From assembly GCF_009914755.1 (NCBI RefSeq), contig NC_060947.1: a stretch of DNA of 64,000 nucleotides; one strand, 5' to 3'. Shown here piece after piece: positions 62,560-64,000 of this stretch; within the stretch, counting starts at the first letter, position 1, and the number at the start of each line of letters is the position of its first letter. Origin of the DNA: the human T2T-CHM13v2.0 reference genome, Homo sapiens. A program made the position numbers and the translations under genes. Under the pieces are notes generated by a model. The model searched no databases and was not told the DNA's origin. It saw only the letters and a list, made by a program, of their open reading frames with translations.

Positions 62560-63050
62560 AATGATTCTTACACAAATATCCAAAGCAGCATCATTCATAA
62601 TACCCAAAACGTAGACACTGCCCACATCTGCCACTTGATGAATGGATAAGCAAATGTGATATATCTATACAATGGAATATTATTTAGCCATGAAAAATAA
62701 TAATGTATTGATTCATTATACAACAAAAATGAACCTTGAAAATATATAATAAAGAAGTGAGTCACCAAAGATCACACATTGTATGATTCCATTTAATAAA
62801 AAAAAGTCCAGAATAGGCAAATCCATAGACACAGAAAGTACATTCATGGTTGCCAGGTGCTGAGAAGAGGGGAAAATGAGAAGTGACTGTCAACAGTATG
62901 GAATTACTTTTGGGGATGGTGAAAATGTTCTAAAATTACATAGGGGTGATGGTTGTACAACTCTGTGAGTATAATAAAAACAACTGAATTGTACACTTTA
63001 AATGTGTGAATTTTACATATGTGAATTATATCTCAATAAAGCTGTTAAAA
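62560..63050 (+). mobile_element. L1MB/L1ME 3' end
   Basis: 'gtccagaataggcaaatccatagacacagaaagta...gaattatatctcaataaagctgtt'. Confidence 0.8.
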
Positions 63051-63234
63051 TGAATTAATGAGAATAATATAAACTATAGATCTGACAACGTAGAAAAATG
63101 CTGAGTGACTTTTAATTTACGAGAGAGCAAAGAAACAAGAAATAGTAAAGCTTCATCTCGTGAATTGCACACACTTATTTCATGCAACTGCTTTTACCTC
63201 CTTAGGAACCGGCAACTGAAAGAGAAAACATGGG

Positions 63235-63412
63235 TCCTAAATTTGGAAAGGACCTCAGAGATTATGTAATTCAACTATCTCACTCTACATATGAGAAATG
63301 GAGGTGCAGAGGGAAAGTGACTCTACAAGTTCGCACAGCAAATTCATGACCAGACATATACGAAAGCCTTTGTCTCCTGAGTCTCATTTCAGGGTTCTTT
63401 CCATGATACCCA
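63235..63412 (-). mobile_element. MIR/MIR3
   Basis: 'ggaaaggacctcagagatt...atgagaaatggaggtgcagagggaaagtgact'. Confidence 0.65.
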
Positions 63413-63924
63413 GCCAAGTCAGCTTCCTTAAGAGTTTTTCCAGTAGCCCTTCACAACTTCCGTTTACAAAGTAGTAATCCCTATCTGCAAGGGAAGCTGT
63501 GAGATATAGTTTCTGTTAGTAAGGAAGAAAGGGAGAACGACCCTTTGGGAGGCAACTTGTATTTTCTGCCACAAGTTCTTTTGCGGAAAATTTTGGATTG
63601 GCCAGTATTTAGATCTGGAAGAATCCAATGTTCTCTGCTGTTACCTCTGAAGTCAGCATGAACATTTCCAGTACAGTGTGAATACAATAGCCACACATGG
63701 AACCCCTTTCATGATAAACATCTTTAGCCCCAGTTGAGAGTCTCCACAATTCCTGAGCAATTTGCATTTGGCAGGGCTGTGTGCAAGACATTACTGGCTC
63801 AAATGAATGTAAATTTACTTTAGAAACAAATCAAGGTAACATTCACTATCCTGGAATAAAGAAACAAGGTGAAAGATCCTTTTAGAATGCAAATTGCAAC
63901 CTGTTTTGTAAAAATACTGAGTGA

Positions 63925-64000
63925 CAGCAGGCACAGTGGCTCACACCTGTAATCCCAGCACTTTGGGAGGTCAAGGTGGGCGGGCACGAGGTCAGGAGTT
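63925..64000 (+). mobile_element. Alu 5' end (cut by window edge)
   Basis: 'cacagtggctcacacctgtaatcccagcactttgggagg'. Confidence 0.9.

Noticed and set aside
63481-63895. Small minus-strand ORFs, a gag|gtaaca donor and two octamer motifs
   Set aside because: No recognisable protein; isolated motifs are expected by chance in AT-rich DNA

Overview
Primate (human or great-ape-like) non-coding genomic DNA, AT-rich and largely made of transposable elements: Alu, L1PA/L1MA/L1MB, L2, MIR, MaLR/ERV LTRs, and hAT and Tigger DNA transposons. I see no host protein-coding gene, RNA gene or CRISPR array. The only recognisable coding sequence is L1-derived: broken ORF1/ORF2 and an open ORF0. Centrally (about 24.2-40.1 kb) lies a five-level nest: MER3 > L1MA7/8 > THE1/MST provirus > 5'-inverted L1PA7-like > near-full-length L1PA4/5. 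I found no new gene system. The least expected signal is the number of short local templated copies: four dispersed direct copies 0.6-11.7 kb from their donors, a ~190-bp inverted copy forming a long hairpin, an inverted duplication inside L1, a 28-bp micro-inversion and several snap-back insertions. There is also a ~410-bp L1 joining the 5' terminus to the 3' terminus between perfect TSDs (SpIRE-like). Subfamily names come from recalled consensus sequences and need RepeatMasker/Dfam confirmation; boundaries of old repeats are approximate and identities were counted by eye.
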